IMG/VR virus record: IMGVR_UViG_3300045996_000468
Location: 1 to 62,126 of that record
DNA from: a virus
Lineage: Duplodnaviria; Caudoviricetes
DNA: 62,126 nucleotides
Reading direction: 5' to 3' (one strand)
In this document: positions 44,686 to 55,544 of the stretch, piece after piece
Position numbering within the stretch: position 1 is the stretch's first letter
Layout: each line of letters opens with the position of its first letter
Notes under the pieces: generated by a model
Told to the model about the DNA's origin: nothing
The model's input: the letters and a program-made list of their open reading frames with translations, nothing else
Database searches by the model: none
Translations under genes and position numbers: made by a program

Positions 44686-45069
44686 TCACCGCGAAACACT
44701 GTCATCGTGTTTGCTCCGTGCGCGCGCGTCGACTTCCTTGATCGCGGCGCGGATCAACTTCGGTCGGCTGTAAATGTAGCGCGTCATCGGCTTGCTGCTG
44801 TGCTTGCCGACTTTGCGAAACTTCAGTGCAAGCTTCAGCAACGCCTTCGCGCATTCAATCTCGTTCAATGCCTGATGCACGTGAACGCGCGCGAAGGCGT
44901 ATTGCTCCCAATCGTCACGCGCGCCCGCGTCTTTTTCGTCGCGAGCGCGCGCCTTGTTTCTGAAGTAGCGCTTCACATCTTCGATCGCCGCTTGCGCGAT
45001 CGCGCCGGGCGGCATCGTGAAAGCTTCCGTGCCGTGTTTCTCAAGAATGTTGATCGGTCGCTTTGCCAT
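44686..45069 (-). CDS. Hypothetical protein
   Basis: In the - strand run; helical and basic. Confidence 0.5.
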   Translation of the reverse strand: MAKRPINILEKHGTEAFTMPPGAIAQAAIEDVKRYFRNKARARDEKDAGARDDWEQYAFARVHVHQALNEIECAKALLKLALKFRKVGKHSSKPMTRYIYSRPKLIRAAIKEVDARARSKHDDSVSR

Positions 45070-45607
45070 TGATCAGTCTTTCCGCGATGCTGGCTCGCCA
45101 TTTTTCCATTGCAACAATTTCCCGCGCGATCTTACGAAGCTGTGGCGGGCGCGGCCCAAGCCGATAGAGGAACGGCGAACCGTCGCTGTCCAATCCGGCA
45201 TCACCGCAATTCCAGCGACGGAACGCTTCGCGGATTGCCCACACGGGCACGTCGTCGATCGCGTCGCGGAACGCTTCGCCCCACGCCATATCATCGGCTT
45301 CCGACTTCTCGCGCGGCCCGTACACCGATGCGATCTTGACGACGATCGTTGCCGCTTCGAGCGCGGCCGCGTTGCTTGCGTTCGGTGTTGAGTTGACCAG
45401 CGATTGCGTCACCGCTTCGCGATAGTCCTGCACTTGCCTGCGCTCGTGCGGCGGAAGCGGAAGCCGCGCAGCGATCTGCCGCGCGACTTCGTCCGCCCTA
45501 CTGTTTCGAAGGTTGTCGCAAAAATGCTGAAGCCATTGCGGTAGCGCGTCCAGCGGCGCGGCGATTGATTGCGGCTGTCTTGGGGTCGGTGTCTGGCGGC
45601 GTGTCAT
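45041..45607 (-). CDS. Putative replication helicase loader/partner
   Basis: AF.DAI.DVP.WAI.EA.RRW..G...P.P..LR motif, commonly found after phage initiators. Confidence 0.55.
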   Translation of the reverse strand: MTRRQTPTPRQPQSIAAPLDALPQWLQHFCDNLRNSRADEVARQIAARLPLPPHERRQVQDYREAVTQSLVNSTPNASNAAALEAATIVVKIASVYGPREKSEADDMAWGEAFRDAIDDVPVWAIREAFRRWNCGDAGLDSDGSPFLYRLGPRPPQLRKIAREIVAMEKWRASIAERLINGKATDQHS

Positions 45608-46121
45608 GGCTCATGCTCAATTGGTTTTGATACTCTTCGGATCGAAGGAAGCGGCGCGCTTGCATCACGTATTCGGTGCCGATCTTGCCTTCGCGCTCAC
45701 ATCGCTCGCGATACGCGATCACGCCGCGAATGATCTGTTCGGGATTGTTGCCGCGCTTGATCGCAGCGTCCCATGCTGTCTTTGCATCGCGCCGGCTGTC
45801 GGTGCCGCCGCGCCTTGGTCGCTCACGCCAGAACACTTCGAACGTCCACACGTCGCCCGGCGCTGGCGGAACGTTCGTCGGAACGTTCGTCGGCGTGACC
45901 GTCACAAGTTGCCGGCTAACGTCGGCGTTGACCATGAACGATAACTGTTGCGCGCATTGCTGCACTTTCGTCAGCCGTCGCAGTGCGTCGGCCGTTTCCT
46001 TCAAGAGCGCATAGCCCGCGCCTTTCGGCTTGTCCTTATGCGCTTCCAAGAATTCATCCGCACGCCTTACAAGATCACGAACGCCATCCCCTTTGGCGAT
46101 TGATCGCGCGGCCATTGCCAA
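45498..46121 (-). CDS. Replication initiator-like protein (C-terminal domain recognisable)
   Basis: FE.FW...PRR.G...A..AW..A.K.G..P..II.G...Y....GKIGTEY..QA..FL....Y. Confidence 0.7.
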   Translation of the reverse strand: MAMAARSIAKGDGVRDLVRRADEFLEAHKDKPKGAGYALLKETADALRRLTKVQQCAQQLSFMVNADVSRQLVTVTPTNVPTNVPPAPGDVWTFEVFWRERPRRGGTDSRRDAKTAWDAAIKRGNNPEQIIRGVIAYRERCEREGKIGTEYVMQARRFLRSEEYQNQLSMSHDTPPDTDPKTAAINRRAAGRATAMASAFLRQPSKQ

Positions 46122-46403
46122 CTTCTCCCCTTTGCTATGATGGAAAATAATCTTTCGACGAAAAGACGAACAGATCGTTCAGCGGCTCTGATGACATTGC
46201 TTGCATCGTGAGCATGACGAGCGTCGCGTGTTCGATGTGATCGAACGTATCAAGTTCGCCGCATTTTTCTTCTAGCCCAAGCGCAACAACTGCCGCGCGG
46301 TGTAGCGACGATAAATTGCGCCCGATCGCGTGTTGCCCGATCATATAGAACGGCTCGATCTTGACCATGTCCGATACGTCGACTGTGATTGCTGGCGTCT
46401 TCA

Positions 46404-46778
46404 TCATCCGAACTCCGCTCGTGTCTCGCGTCGAAACTTTATGTTGTGTTCGATCTGTTCGAAGCGCGCCGCTTCCTTGCGTGAAAGGTGCATCTTTTCA
46501 CAGATGCCTGCCAGAAAATTCCGCTCCCATGCCGAAAGACAATCATCATGGTTGCGGAGCATGTCGCGGCACTTGTCGACGTGGCCGAACTCGACATGCG
46601 ACAGCCGCATCGGCTGCGGCTCTTTGACTGTGAACATTTCCGCCAGCACTTCGGTCCACACCATGCCGGCGTCTGCGATGATCTTGTCCGCGCGGTTGAA
46701 CGCCGCCGCGCGCTCGCCGTCTTTGTCGCTGTCGAACAGCGCGACGATCCGCGCAAGACGTTCAAGGTCGACGTTCAT
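46404..46778 (-). CDS. Hypothetical protein
   Basis: L..I.AL..SD.DGER.AA and LS.WE..F...I....LS.K motifs recurrent in phages. Confidence 0.65.
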   Translation of the reverse strand: MNVDLERLARIVALFDSDKDGERAAAFNRADKIIADAGMVWTEVLAEMFTVKEPQPMRLSHVEFGHVDKCRDMLRNHDDCLSAWERNFLAGICEKMHLSRKEAARFEQIEHNIKFRRETRAEFG

Positions 46779-47930
46779 TTGCGGCTGTCGAAATGATGCC
46801 GGCAATAAATCCGCCGAACATCAATAGAGGGATTGCGACCGGCCACAGCAGCGCGCGCACGATCCTGTAGGTTGTCGATCGCGACGGCACAACGGCGAGG
46901 ATCATGACAAATCCCCACACATACAGCCAAGCGAATAGCATCGTTTCGAATGTCACTATGATCATTTTGGTTTGCTCCTGCCAACGCAGCAACGAAGGCG
47001 CGTCACCGCGCACACTTCGGGCAAAGGTCCAGCCATTCGGCTTCGACTTTCTCGCTCTTCCATCCGGCTTCGCGCTTTGCGTCGACCGCATCGCCAAAAA
47101 CGCGCTCGTTCGTTTCAAGCGTTTCGTCGCAGCAGTCGCATTCAAAGACGACGTTGCCGTGTATGCGTGTGTTCGCCATCAGTTCGGTTTCTCCCTGTTA
47201 TCCGCAATCGTATAGATCGCGTTTTCGACGTGTGCGCTTACGAACAACGCCAACTCACGCGACGGAAGATTTTCGAAGTAAAAGATCAGCGTGAACGTGC
47301 CGTCAATTTCCGGACGACACACCGAATGCATTTCCATCGTGAACTTCTGCATGTCTGGCGTCATGGCGATTATCCCTTGAGAAAATTTCACGAAGAGCGG
47401 CGCGCGTTTGCTCGAACAGCTTCACGCGCAAATCATTGTCCGCCGCCTTTATGATTATGGTGCCGCGCCAGTCGAAGCGACTGCCAATCCGGCGCGACAC
47501 CCGAATTTCCCCAAGTTCGTTGAACGAAAAGCTATCGACGTTCTTTTCAGCGAGCCAATGCGGCAGCGCTGAAAACGCGCGCTCGCTGGTAACGAAGAAA
47601 GCGCGACGGTTGCCGCGCTTGTATTTGTGCTGGTCGCTCACAGCGTCGCCTCGATCTGCGCGTCGATCTTCGCCATCACTTCCGGCGTCAATCTCATGCC
47701 GCGCTCAACAGCTTGGCGCATGAACTCGCTGCGCATGCGCGCTCGATCGACAGACGGCCGCCGGCCCGCGCGCCATGCGTTCAGAAACACGTTCACCGTG
47801 CCGGCGTGATCGAGCATCGATGATCGGTGCAGCTTGCTCATGTGGCGGCCTTCAAGCGAGCGAGCTCGTTCGGCTTTCTGGTCGCGATAGTGAAGCGCCG
47901 TGAAGTGGCGCGGATCAATGAACGTTGCCA

Positions 47931-48242
47931 TCACTGCTTCACCGCTGTCTGTTCGGCAATCTGTTGCGCGACAAGGTTCGTCGCTTGATCAATCATGATG
48001 ATCACGCGTGAGCGAAGTTCGGCGCGAAACTCCAATGGCACTTGCCCGAGATAGTTCGCGGCGATCTGCGCGATGATCATTTCGAAGTAAAGCGCGCCTT
48101 CGACTTGATCACGGCCGGCGGCGTGCGCGACGCGATCGAGCATTTGCGCCGTCTTCACGACGCTGTTGCAGTGATTGTTGACGTGAACCGTCAAGCGCTC
48201 GATCACTTCACGCGACGGCATTTGCATTTCCTGCATGGGCAT
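47931..48242 (-). CDS. Hypothetical protein
   Basis: GAGG RBS; in the coupled - strand run. Confidence 0.5.
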   Translation of the reverse strand: MPMQEMQMPSREVIERLTVHVNNHCNSVVKTAQMLDRVAHAAGRDQVEGALYFEMIIAQIAANYLGQVPLEFRAELRSRVIIMIDQATNLVAQQIAEQTAVKQ

Positions 48243-48431
48243 TTCAGTTTTCCTCTTTCTGTTCGCGTTCGATCTTCGCCAGTATTTCGCTCATGATGCC
48301 GATGCAGTTTTCAGGATCGAGCCCGGCAGAGACAGCGGCTTCGATCAACCGCGTTTGTTCAGCCTGCATGTTTCGCAAGTTCGCCTCGATCAATTTTGCA
48401 AATTCATCGAGCGTCATTTTTTCAGTCATGT

Positions 48432-48986
48432 TCACTCCCCTTTGATGGCGATACCTAACTCGACTTTCTTGCGGTGGCGCGCGCGCCGCTCTTCTGGATC
48501 GCTCGCCTTGAGACGCGCGACTTCCTTGTCGACTTCGGCGTTCACATCGATGCCGTGAACGTGCGCGAGACATTCGAGCGTGAGCATTGCTTGCGCCAGT
48601 TCTTTCGCGAACGCTTCGCGTCCCGGCATCGGGATATTTTCGTAGCTGTAAACGCGATCGATGATCCGATCCAGAACGATCACCGGAAGCAAGCCGGCGT
48701 GCGCGGTCTCGATCGCCTCTTCGACGAAGCGCATCAAGCGCTCGCTTTTGTTCAGCGCGACCGGGCCGAACGTGTCGACTGCCCATTGCGTCATTTCCGC
48801 GCCGCGCGTCGCGGGCTTGCTTGTGACGTTTGCATCGAAATCGCTTACAGGCGCGTTCGTCCAGATCACGCGCGCCTTGATCGTCATTTCGAGCGGACGA
48901 AAATCGCTGAGGCCGGATTGATCGACGCGCAAAACTTCAACGTCATCGCGGCTGATGAAGTTGATCGCCATTTGCTTGATCGTCAT
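48432..48986 (-). CDS. Hypothetical protein with MazG-like C-terminal half
   Basis: W...TFG.....ER..RF.EEA.E...E.A.....L..LA...G.D pattern resembles the all-alpha NTP pyrophosphatase family. Confidence 0.55.
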   Translation of the reverse strand: MTIKQMAINFISRDDVEVLRVDQSGLSDFRPLEMTIKARVIWTNAPVSDFDANVTSKPATRGAEMTQWAVDTFGPVALNKSERLMRFVEEAIETAHAGLLPVIVLDRIIDRVYSYENIPMPGREAFAKELAQAMLTLECLAHVHGIDVNAEVDKEVARLKASDPEERRARHRKKVELGIAIKGE

Positions 48987-48990
48987 GGCG

Positions 48991-49398
48991 TCACGCCTTC
49001 AGGTTCGCAGCGGCGGCGATCGCGGCGCTGACTTTCTGCATGATCATCGCGTCAAGGCGCTTTTCGATCAGCGCACTCGTCCAGCCGTCAAGGTTTTTGA
49101 CCTTGTCGCTAATGGCGTTGTGGACAGCAATGTCAGCCAACCGGCTGATGCGATCTTGCAAAAGTTTGTCGATCATTCCGTCGATCGACTTTCGCAGTTC
49201 GGCCGGAATGTTGTACTGCCGAAGCTGGCGATTGATGTTCTCGATCACGTCTTGCGCCATCCGCCCGCTATCGACCTTGCGGATGATCTGCGCGGCGACA
49301 GCGTCGGCGGCGAATTTTTCCAGTTCGACGGTCACGTCGGGATTTGCAGCGATCAACGCGGCGAGCGAAGTCGGGTCGATCTTGATGCGAACAGTCAT
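48991..49398 (-). CDS. Hypothetical helical protein
   Basis: GGGGAG RBS. Confidence 0.55.
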   Translation of the reverse strand: MTVRIKIDPTSLAALIAANPDVTVELEKFAADAVAAQIIRKVDSGRMAQDVIENINRQLRQYNIPAELRKSIDGMIDKLLQDRISRLADIAVHNAISDKVKNLDGWTSALIEKRLDAMIMQKVSAAIAAAANLKA

Positions 49399-50464
49399 TG
49401 AGTTTTCTCCCCTTCGACGGATATCCCGTCTTTCATGATGATGCGAACGGGCGACGCCGCGCCGCTGCTTTGCCGATCATCGCGCCATGCCGTGCTGTAC
49501 GCGCTCCAGCGCTGCGATGATCTGCCGACGCGGCCCGCGACGCGTCGAATGATGGCGGCTTGTGATAATCCTTTGATATCGATGCCGCGCGCCGTTGCGA
49601 GCGTGACGGCGGCATGCAGCGCATTCTCATACGGTTGACGCCTTCGCGACATTTCGCGAAGCAGAATATCGCCGCACTCTAGCGCAGCTGTTTGTGCGGC
49701 GGCATTCATCACAGCAAGACGCACAGCGATTTTTTCACCGGCCGCCGCTGCTTGATCACGCTTCCGTCGTCGTCGCCCTCTTGGCATCCCGTTCTCCCAA
49801 TGCATTCGCCTTCCCTCCAGAGATACCCAATCAAGGGGATTGCTCTGCCGCCCTACAGGCGGAGCGCAGCATTGGCGCTGCGCCGGGTACTTCGTTGCCC
49901 TCTCTGATTTTGGCGAGCCTGAATTGCGTCAACGGCGCGAGACCAATATCCCGCGTTCCCCTTCGCCATGGGTCGTCCTGCTTTCGGAAGCAGCAAACCC
50001 GATCACGATTGGCGTCTCTAGCGGGCTGATCCTTCGCGAGCCCGCACAACTGTCAAATCGTGACGACTGCCGGCGCGAACGCTGAACAAGGCGCGGCGGT
50101 AGGTTCTGCGATGTGACGGAATGAGCGCGCTTTGGATTGGGGCCGGGGCCGCTTGAACACGCGCGTACAATCGCGTATCTCTCGGGCCTCACGGTGTCGA
50201 TCCGAAGTGAGCAGACTTCGTCGCCATCTTCCGGCCCGCGTTCGAAGCGCGGGCCGGTTTGCGTTTATGGTCCGCGTCGCGCTGATTTGGCAAGCGGCCA
50301 GAATTCGGCCCGTGTGAACTGCGGGGACACCGCCCATTGACTTCGCATGGCCGTCCGATCATTTTCCCCGGGCTCTCCGTTAGGTCTGGCGACTTCGGAT
50401 GGCTCTTGCGGCGGCCGCCCGGTGGTTTGCTCCTACGGGCGGCCGTTCTATGTCGGCGGCATTC

Positions 50465-50539
50465 GTCCCCGTCTTCTAGCGGTTAGGAAAGCGGCCTTTC
50501 ACGTCGCAAACGCCGGTTCGAACCCGGCCGGGGACGCCA
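50465..50539 (+). tRNA. tRNA-Glu (TTC)
   Basis: Acceptor stem GTCCCCG/CGGGGAC, anticodon loop CT-TTC-AC, T-arm GCCGG-TTCGAAC-CCGGC, encoded CCA. Confidence 0.95.
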
Positions 50540-50630
50540 AGCGAACGGCCAGAAACGGCCCGCCCATGCGCCCGGCGTTTCCCGGCGCGGAAAGTGGCGG
50601 CCCGGCCGGAATAACGCGCGGGCGGCCGCC

Positions 50631-50813
50631 CTACAGAAGCCGCTCGCCTTTCTCGGCTTCCGCATAGTCGGCCTTGATCGCCTCGAATATGGCGATCTGC
50701 AAGTCTGCGAGCTTTTGCGTCATCTTTCCGGCGGCGACGCGTCCGGGATACACGAAGCGCCGATAGTTCAACTCGCGCTCGATCGCCTCGCGCTTCTGCT
50801 TGGCTGTGAACAT
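50631..50813 (-). CDS. Conserved phage hypothetical protein
   Basis: ERE...R..VYP..V..GKMTQ..AD..I...EAI motif. Confidence 0.7.
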   Translation of the reverse strand: MFTAKQKREAIERELNYRRFVYPGRVAAGKMTQKLADLQIAIFEAIKADYAEAEKGERLL

Positions 50814-50946
50814 CGTAAAAAATCCGATCTTTGAGAGGAACGATTGGCCGGGGTATGAATTGCCGGGGTTACTGACCGCACTCCCCTGCCCCTTGTGCGG
50901 TCTCAAAGGCGGCGATCTTCCCCCCATTAGATCGCCGCCATTTTTT

Positions 50947-51297
50947 TTAGCGAAGCAGGCTTCGCCAGTTCGTCAGCGGCCGCGCGTGCGACGACTTGCG
51001 CCGCGATTGCGTGACCGTATTCGTCCGCTCGCACCATCCAAGCTTTGCGGCACGCATCATCACCGGGCCGAACGCGCGCGGATCATGCGTGCGAGGCGGC
51101 GACGGCTCTTTGTCGTACATGTCGAAAACGTCGTCGGCGTTGAACTGATCGAACAGCCGGCAGACACGTTCCACAAGTTGCAGCATCAATCGCGACCATG
51201 CTTCGTCGGCGTTGTCTTCCGACTGCTGCATGCCGGCGCGCTTTGCGGCGTTCGCTTCGGCGCGGCGTTCGGCGTGTGTGAAAAGATCGTCGGCCAT
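50947..51297 (-). CDS. Conserved phage hypothetical protein
   Basis: F.ADDV...PRA.G.V...AA..G...S.R..SH.RP...W.S pattern. Confidence 0.7.
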   Translation of the reverse strand: MADDLFTHAERRAEANAAKRAGMQQSEDNADEAWSRLMLQLVERVCRLFDQFNADDVFDMYDKEPSPPRTHDPRAFGPVMMRAAKLGWCERTNTVTQSRRKSSHARPLTNWRSLLR

Positions 51298-51927
51298 GCG
51301 ATCAGCCTTTCAACTTGGTGTAAAGCGGCCAATCATGCACCATGCCGCTAAAGGTCATCGTGCTTGTGATGCGACTGTAACGAAGGCCGCCGCCGGCATA
51401 TGATCCGGTGTATCCAATCAACGATTTGTCGGGCAGTGTTATCAACTGCGGGATTTTTCCCTCTGCTTCCACAGTGATTGTGAACTGAATGCGCGGTTCC
51501 TCTTCGACGCCGACGAAAAACGTGACGCTCATGGTTTTTGCTCCTGCTGTTGTTCACACTCTGGCGTGCGATTGTTGTCTGTGACGATGCGATGATCGTC
51601 GCGATAAAATTCAATCCACGGAAAGCCGTCGCCGTCATGCCGTGTCGTCTTCGTGATGCCGCACTTGATGCACGTTCGTTCGGTGCGATATTCGGTGCGG
51701 TGCGGATCGCTCCACTTGTGCCGCGCTGTCATTCCTCGATGATCGCTTCAAGCGATTGGCAGACGGCATGCACGGCGGCGATCGGCGCTTTCTTGTTCAG
51801 CGCTGCGCGCTTGATGCGTTCAGCCAACAGTTCGCGCAGACTGTCGATATCGTCCAAGCCGGTCGACAGTGCTTTCATCCCTCGCAGCGATCGAGTGACG
51901 GCTTGCTGTTTCTTGACGACGTGACTT

Positions 51928-52446
51928 TTAGCCTTGCCCATAGTTTCTCCCCAAGTGCTGCATGACGACAAGATCACGCGACGGGGCGGCGCACTTCACT
52001 TCGTTGATGACGCCGGTCACGTTTGCATCTTGCACGATCCGATCGGCTTCCGCCTCGCTGTAGCGTCCAGCCATAGCGGTCACTGTTGTATAACCCCGGC
52101 AATGCGGTGCCCACCATGCGCGATGTTCGTTTGACCAGATCAGGAAGTCAGCCGCGCCGCCATCACGCTTCCCTTTCCGCCAAACGCCGCATTCGGTTTC
52201 AGCGACGTGAACAACGCCAACTGATCGAACGCGATCCAGCTTGCTTAGTCGGCTGGCCGTCTCGTCCGCGTCGCCCTTAAAGTAATCGATCATCGCGGAA
52301 ACGACGCCGTTGTGATCGTTGCGGGAGAATGTCACGTCAAAATCGCTGCGACATTCATTTTGCGCCCACTGCCTGAAATGATATCGCTGCTCAAGCGTGT
52401 CGGGAAACTGATCGTCAAACGCGATCGTTATTCGGTAGTGGCTCAT
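51928..52446 (-). CDS. Hypothetical protein
   Basis: LIWS.EH.AWW....GYT.....AGRY...EA domain common in phages. Confidence 0.6.
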   Translation of the reverse strand: MSHYRITIAFDDQFPDTLEQRYHFRQWAQNECRSDFDVTFSRNDHNGVVSAMIDYFKGDADETASRLSKLDRVRSVGVVHVAETECGVWRKGKRDGGAADFLIWSNEHRAWWAPHCRGYTTVTAMAGRYSEAEADRIVQDANVTGVINEVKCAAPSRDLVVMQHLGRNYGQG

Positions 52447-52658
52447 GCTTCCTCCATCCCGTCGACGACGACACCGCGCTCGATCGCGATGCAAGCGAGT
52501 TGAATGTAGCGCGGCGTATCCGTCGCGCCGTTCTCCCAATTGTCGATCGACGCGCGGCCGCAGCCAAGCAGGCGCGCGAGTTCTGACTTCGAATAGTTGC
52601 GCGCCTCACGCCACTCTTGCAGCGTCCAAGGCGGCTTCGGCGTTTTCTTCGCGTTCAT
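52443..52658 (-). CDS. XRE/Cro-like HTH protein
   Basis: L.EWR....S..ELA.LLG....I.NWE.G....P.YI.LAC; GGGAG RBS. Confidence 0.85.
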   Translation of the reverse strand: MNAKKTPKPPWTLQEWREARNYSKSELARLLGCGRASIDNWENGATDTPRYIQLACIAIERGVVVDGMEEA

Positions 52659-53712
52659 TGCACTAACTCCCTGTTGTGTGTTTGATCAGTCGGGCGCGCG
52701 ATATTTCCAATTCGTCGCCCTCGCGCCCGCCTTGTCCAGCCATTGCGCGACGCGATCCATCGCGTTGACCGCGTCCGCAAAGCGATCGCAGTCGGCGTGA
52801 ACGGCCGCGCGCTTCGCAGCGTGCGATGCAAGCACCGCCCAAGTGTTTCTGATCGCTTCGTCGACCGTCTTCGATCGCGGGTTCATAAAACTTCATCCCT
52901 CTGGTCTGCTGGTTTGAATGCGTGCCGCAAGCGCGACCATGCCGCGAAGACGTGCGCTTGCGATGCCGCGTCTTCGGGATCGATGTGAAGTCGCACGGCG
53001 TCGCCGCCGTTCGAATAAGCGTCAATGACGACGCTGCCGTCATCGTTGATCATGACTGCGATGCCATCGGCATCAATGATGCGCTTGCCTTCGCCGCGCG
53101 CACCGTGGCGGCCTTTGGACACGTGCGTCATCAGAACAACTCGGCTTTGAAGTTGGGGCCGGTCTTGGCGAGCCCGCATCCTTTCCCGTCTCGGCATCTT
53201 GAAGCTTGAAGGTATAGGCGCATGGGGCTTGCGAAGATGGCTTGCAATCCGACCTTGTCACCGACGCTGTTCGTCATCATGATCGCGCCGTCTGTCGATC
53301 GCACCAAATACAATTCATTGAAGGAGGCGCTTGTGATCATGATCCGGAACGGTGCGCATGTCGGCTTCAGCACTTCGCGCAAATCCTCGATCGCCTTCAA
53401 GAGCGGTGCCAAGTCGATCTGTCTGTCGAAACTCATTTTGTGTCGCCTCTCTGTTGGGGGAAAAACGTGGCGCGTCATTTGATGATGTGCGCGCGAGTGA
53501 TGCCGCGATTGCGGATCGCGCCAAGCGCGAATTGAGCGTGATTGAAGCCGTCTTCGATGCCGCGCGCGTACACGTGCGCATCGTTTTCGTTGTGGCACGG
53601 GACCGGCTGCGTCGTGTACCCGCTCGCGAATTTGACGATCACTTCCCATGCGTCGCCGTTGCGGCGAACGAACACTTCGGTTTCCATCTTGGTTGCCTTT
53701 CGATTGTGAGGG

Positions 53713-53761
53713 GAAAGCAAAAGGGCCGGGCTCGATCGCTGGCGATTGGATCGGCCCGGCC
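53713..53761 (-). terminator. Intrinsic terminator
   Basis: Long hairpin GGCCGGGC...GCCCGGCC (53724-53761) followed on the - strand by TTTTGCTTT. Confidence 0.6.
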
Positions 53762-54011
53762 TAGTTTGCTTGCGGCATTGTCCAGAAGCGTGTCGCCATT
53801 GAAACGCCTCGCCGCAAGGGTTCGAAAGTGTAATCGCTGCGCCTGCACTGCAATAGTGGTCGTTCGTCCGCAGCCGGACTGCCACGCTACGTCTCCGCTT
53901 ATTCCCCGCGTCGGGACCGCTCCCGATATTCGCTGTCTTCTTCGCGCGTCTCTTGGGCCGAAGTCTTACGCCGTGCAGGCGACGCGGGCCGAAGCCCGCG
54001 CCTATTCGTTG

Positions 54012-55505
54012 TCAGTGCGCGCCAACGTCGATTGCCGGCGCTTCCCATGGCGTCGCCGCCATCAATGCCTTGACCATCTGCGGATAGCCGAACACCGCGA
54101 ACAACACCGGCACCGATGGCATGGGGCCGGGATCACCGATCAGAAGATCAGTGAAGTTGATGATCAACGTCGCGTCGCTGTGATGCTCTTCGACGTAGCG
54201 ATATGCGGGCCTCATGTCGGTGCCGCCGCCGCGTATCGAGGCGAACTCGATATCGTCGCCGGCCGCGTACTCGTCAACGCGGATAACTTGCGTGTCGCAA
54301 TAGATCACGACGAGTTCATTCAAGATGCCTTCATCCATCACCGCTTGCACTTCGTCGCGTACCATCGCTTGCGCAATGTCGTCGACCGAACCGGAAACGT
54401 CATTGATGATGACAACCTTATTGATGCCGTCGCGCTGCGAGCCCGGCAGCATGACGCCGCGCCCGATAAAGCGCTTGTTCGGGCGGTTCCAAGTTTCGAT
54501 CCGCTCCGCGCCTTGATCGAAGAAAGCGCGAAGCTGTTCACGCCAATCTTGCGGGCGATTGTTCGAAGCCTCAATCTCGCGCGCAACATGCGCCGGCAAC
54601 TGGCCGACGCCGCGCGATATCGATGCGGCTTGGCGCATGATCCGCTCCCAATTGGGCGCGGGCGCTTCGCCTAGCTCCGGTTCAGGCGCGTCGATAACTT
54701 CACCGCAGCTAACGCGCTTGCCTGAAGTGTTCGGAACGCCTTCGCCTTCGCCGCCGTCTTCACCGGCCGCGTCGCCGTCAGCTTCGCCAGCTTCCGCGTC
54801 GCCACGATCAGAATTGCCGCCCGTGGCGTCATCACCGGCTGCATCCCCGTCGCCGTCAGCACCGCCGCTCGATGCGCCAGCGTCTTCGCCATCGCTCGCG
54901 TCATCGCCTGCACCTTCACCGGATGCGTCGCCGTCGTCTTCGGACGCATCGGCCTCGTCGTCGGCTTCGGTTTGTTGATCGCCATTATCGATAGCGTCTT
55001 CAGCGGATCGCGCGCCATCCTCTTCCGCATCGTCGCCCGCGTCACCGGCATTGTCGTCTTCCTGCTGTTGCTGCTGTTGCGCCTGCTCTTCCAGTTCAAG
55101 CGTGCGATAAATGTCTTCGGCGGACATGCCGGCGAAGCGCGGATCATAAAAGCTGTCGGCCGGAAGCTTGAAGCCTTCAGCCTTCAGGTCGCACATGATC
55201 GAATAGTCGCACGACTTATTCCATCGCTTCGGATCGCGGCCCGCGCGGCGTGATGAATGCTGCCGCGCGTCGTGTTCGGTTTCTTCCGCGATGACCGTCA
55301 GCAGTTCGTCTTGATCGAGCGTCGCGACATAGTCGGGATTATAGAAGTGATGCACGCTATCGGTTGCCAGTGTCGCATGCTTGCGCGACAAAACCGGCGT
55401 CGTGTTCGTCACCAGCACGCCATAGAAGCGGCGCGACAGGATCAATTCGGAACGTGCCTTCAAGACGCGCTCTGTGGCGAGCGCGTCAATCTCTGTGCGG
55501 TCCAT
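54012..55505 (-). CDS. DUF2201-like metallopeptidase domain, acidic linker and VWA domain
   Basis: T.ATD....YNP, WN.A/SCDY.I, Asp/Gly/Ala-rich linker, MIDAS DVSGS and GGGTD.RP. Confidence 0.9.
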   Translation of the reverse strand: MDRTEIDALATERVLKARSELILSRRFYGVLVTNTTPVLSRKHATLATDSVHHFYNPDYVATLDQDELLTVIAEETEHDARQHSSRRAGRDPKRWNKSCDYSIMCDLKAEGFKLPADSFYDPRFAGMSAEDIYRTLELEEQAQQQQQQEDDNAGDAGDDAEEDGARSAEDAIDNGDQQTEADDEADASEDDGDASGEGAGDDASDGEDAGASSGGADGDGDAAGDDATGGNSDRGDAEAGEADGDAAGEDGGEGEGVPNTSGKRVSCGEVIDAPEPELGEAPAPNWERIMRQAASISRGVGQLPAHVAREIEASNNRPQDWREQLRAFFDQGAERIETWNRPNKRFIGRGVMLPGSQRDGINKVVIINDVSGSVDDIAQAMVRDEVQAVMDEGILNELVVIYCDTQVIRVDEYAAGDDIEFASIRGGGTDMRPAYRYVEEHHSDATLIINFTDLLIGDPGPMPSVPVLFAVFGYPQMVKALMAATPWEAPAIDVGAH

Positions 55506-55544
55506 TGTGTTTGCTCCGGTTAATTGTGCCATTCTTCCCGGCAA

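Noticed and set aside
50231-50257. Second tRNA suggested by a TTCGAA loop
   Set aside because: It is a 10-bp hairpin without acceptor, D or anticodon arms.
53352-54674. 440-aa + strand ORF
   Set aside because: Antisense to the VWA gene and a hairpin-rich intergenic region; no recognisable domain.
54720-55080. Repeat-like GC-rich tract as a second guide array
   Set aside because: The periodicity is 3-nt and it encodes the Asp/Gly/Ala acidic linker of the DUF2201-VWA protein.
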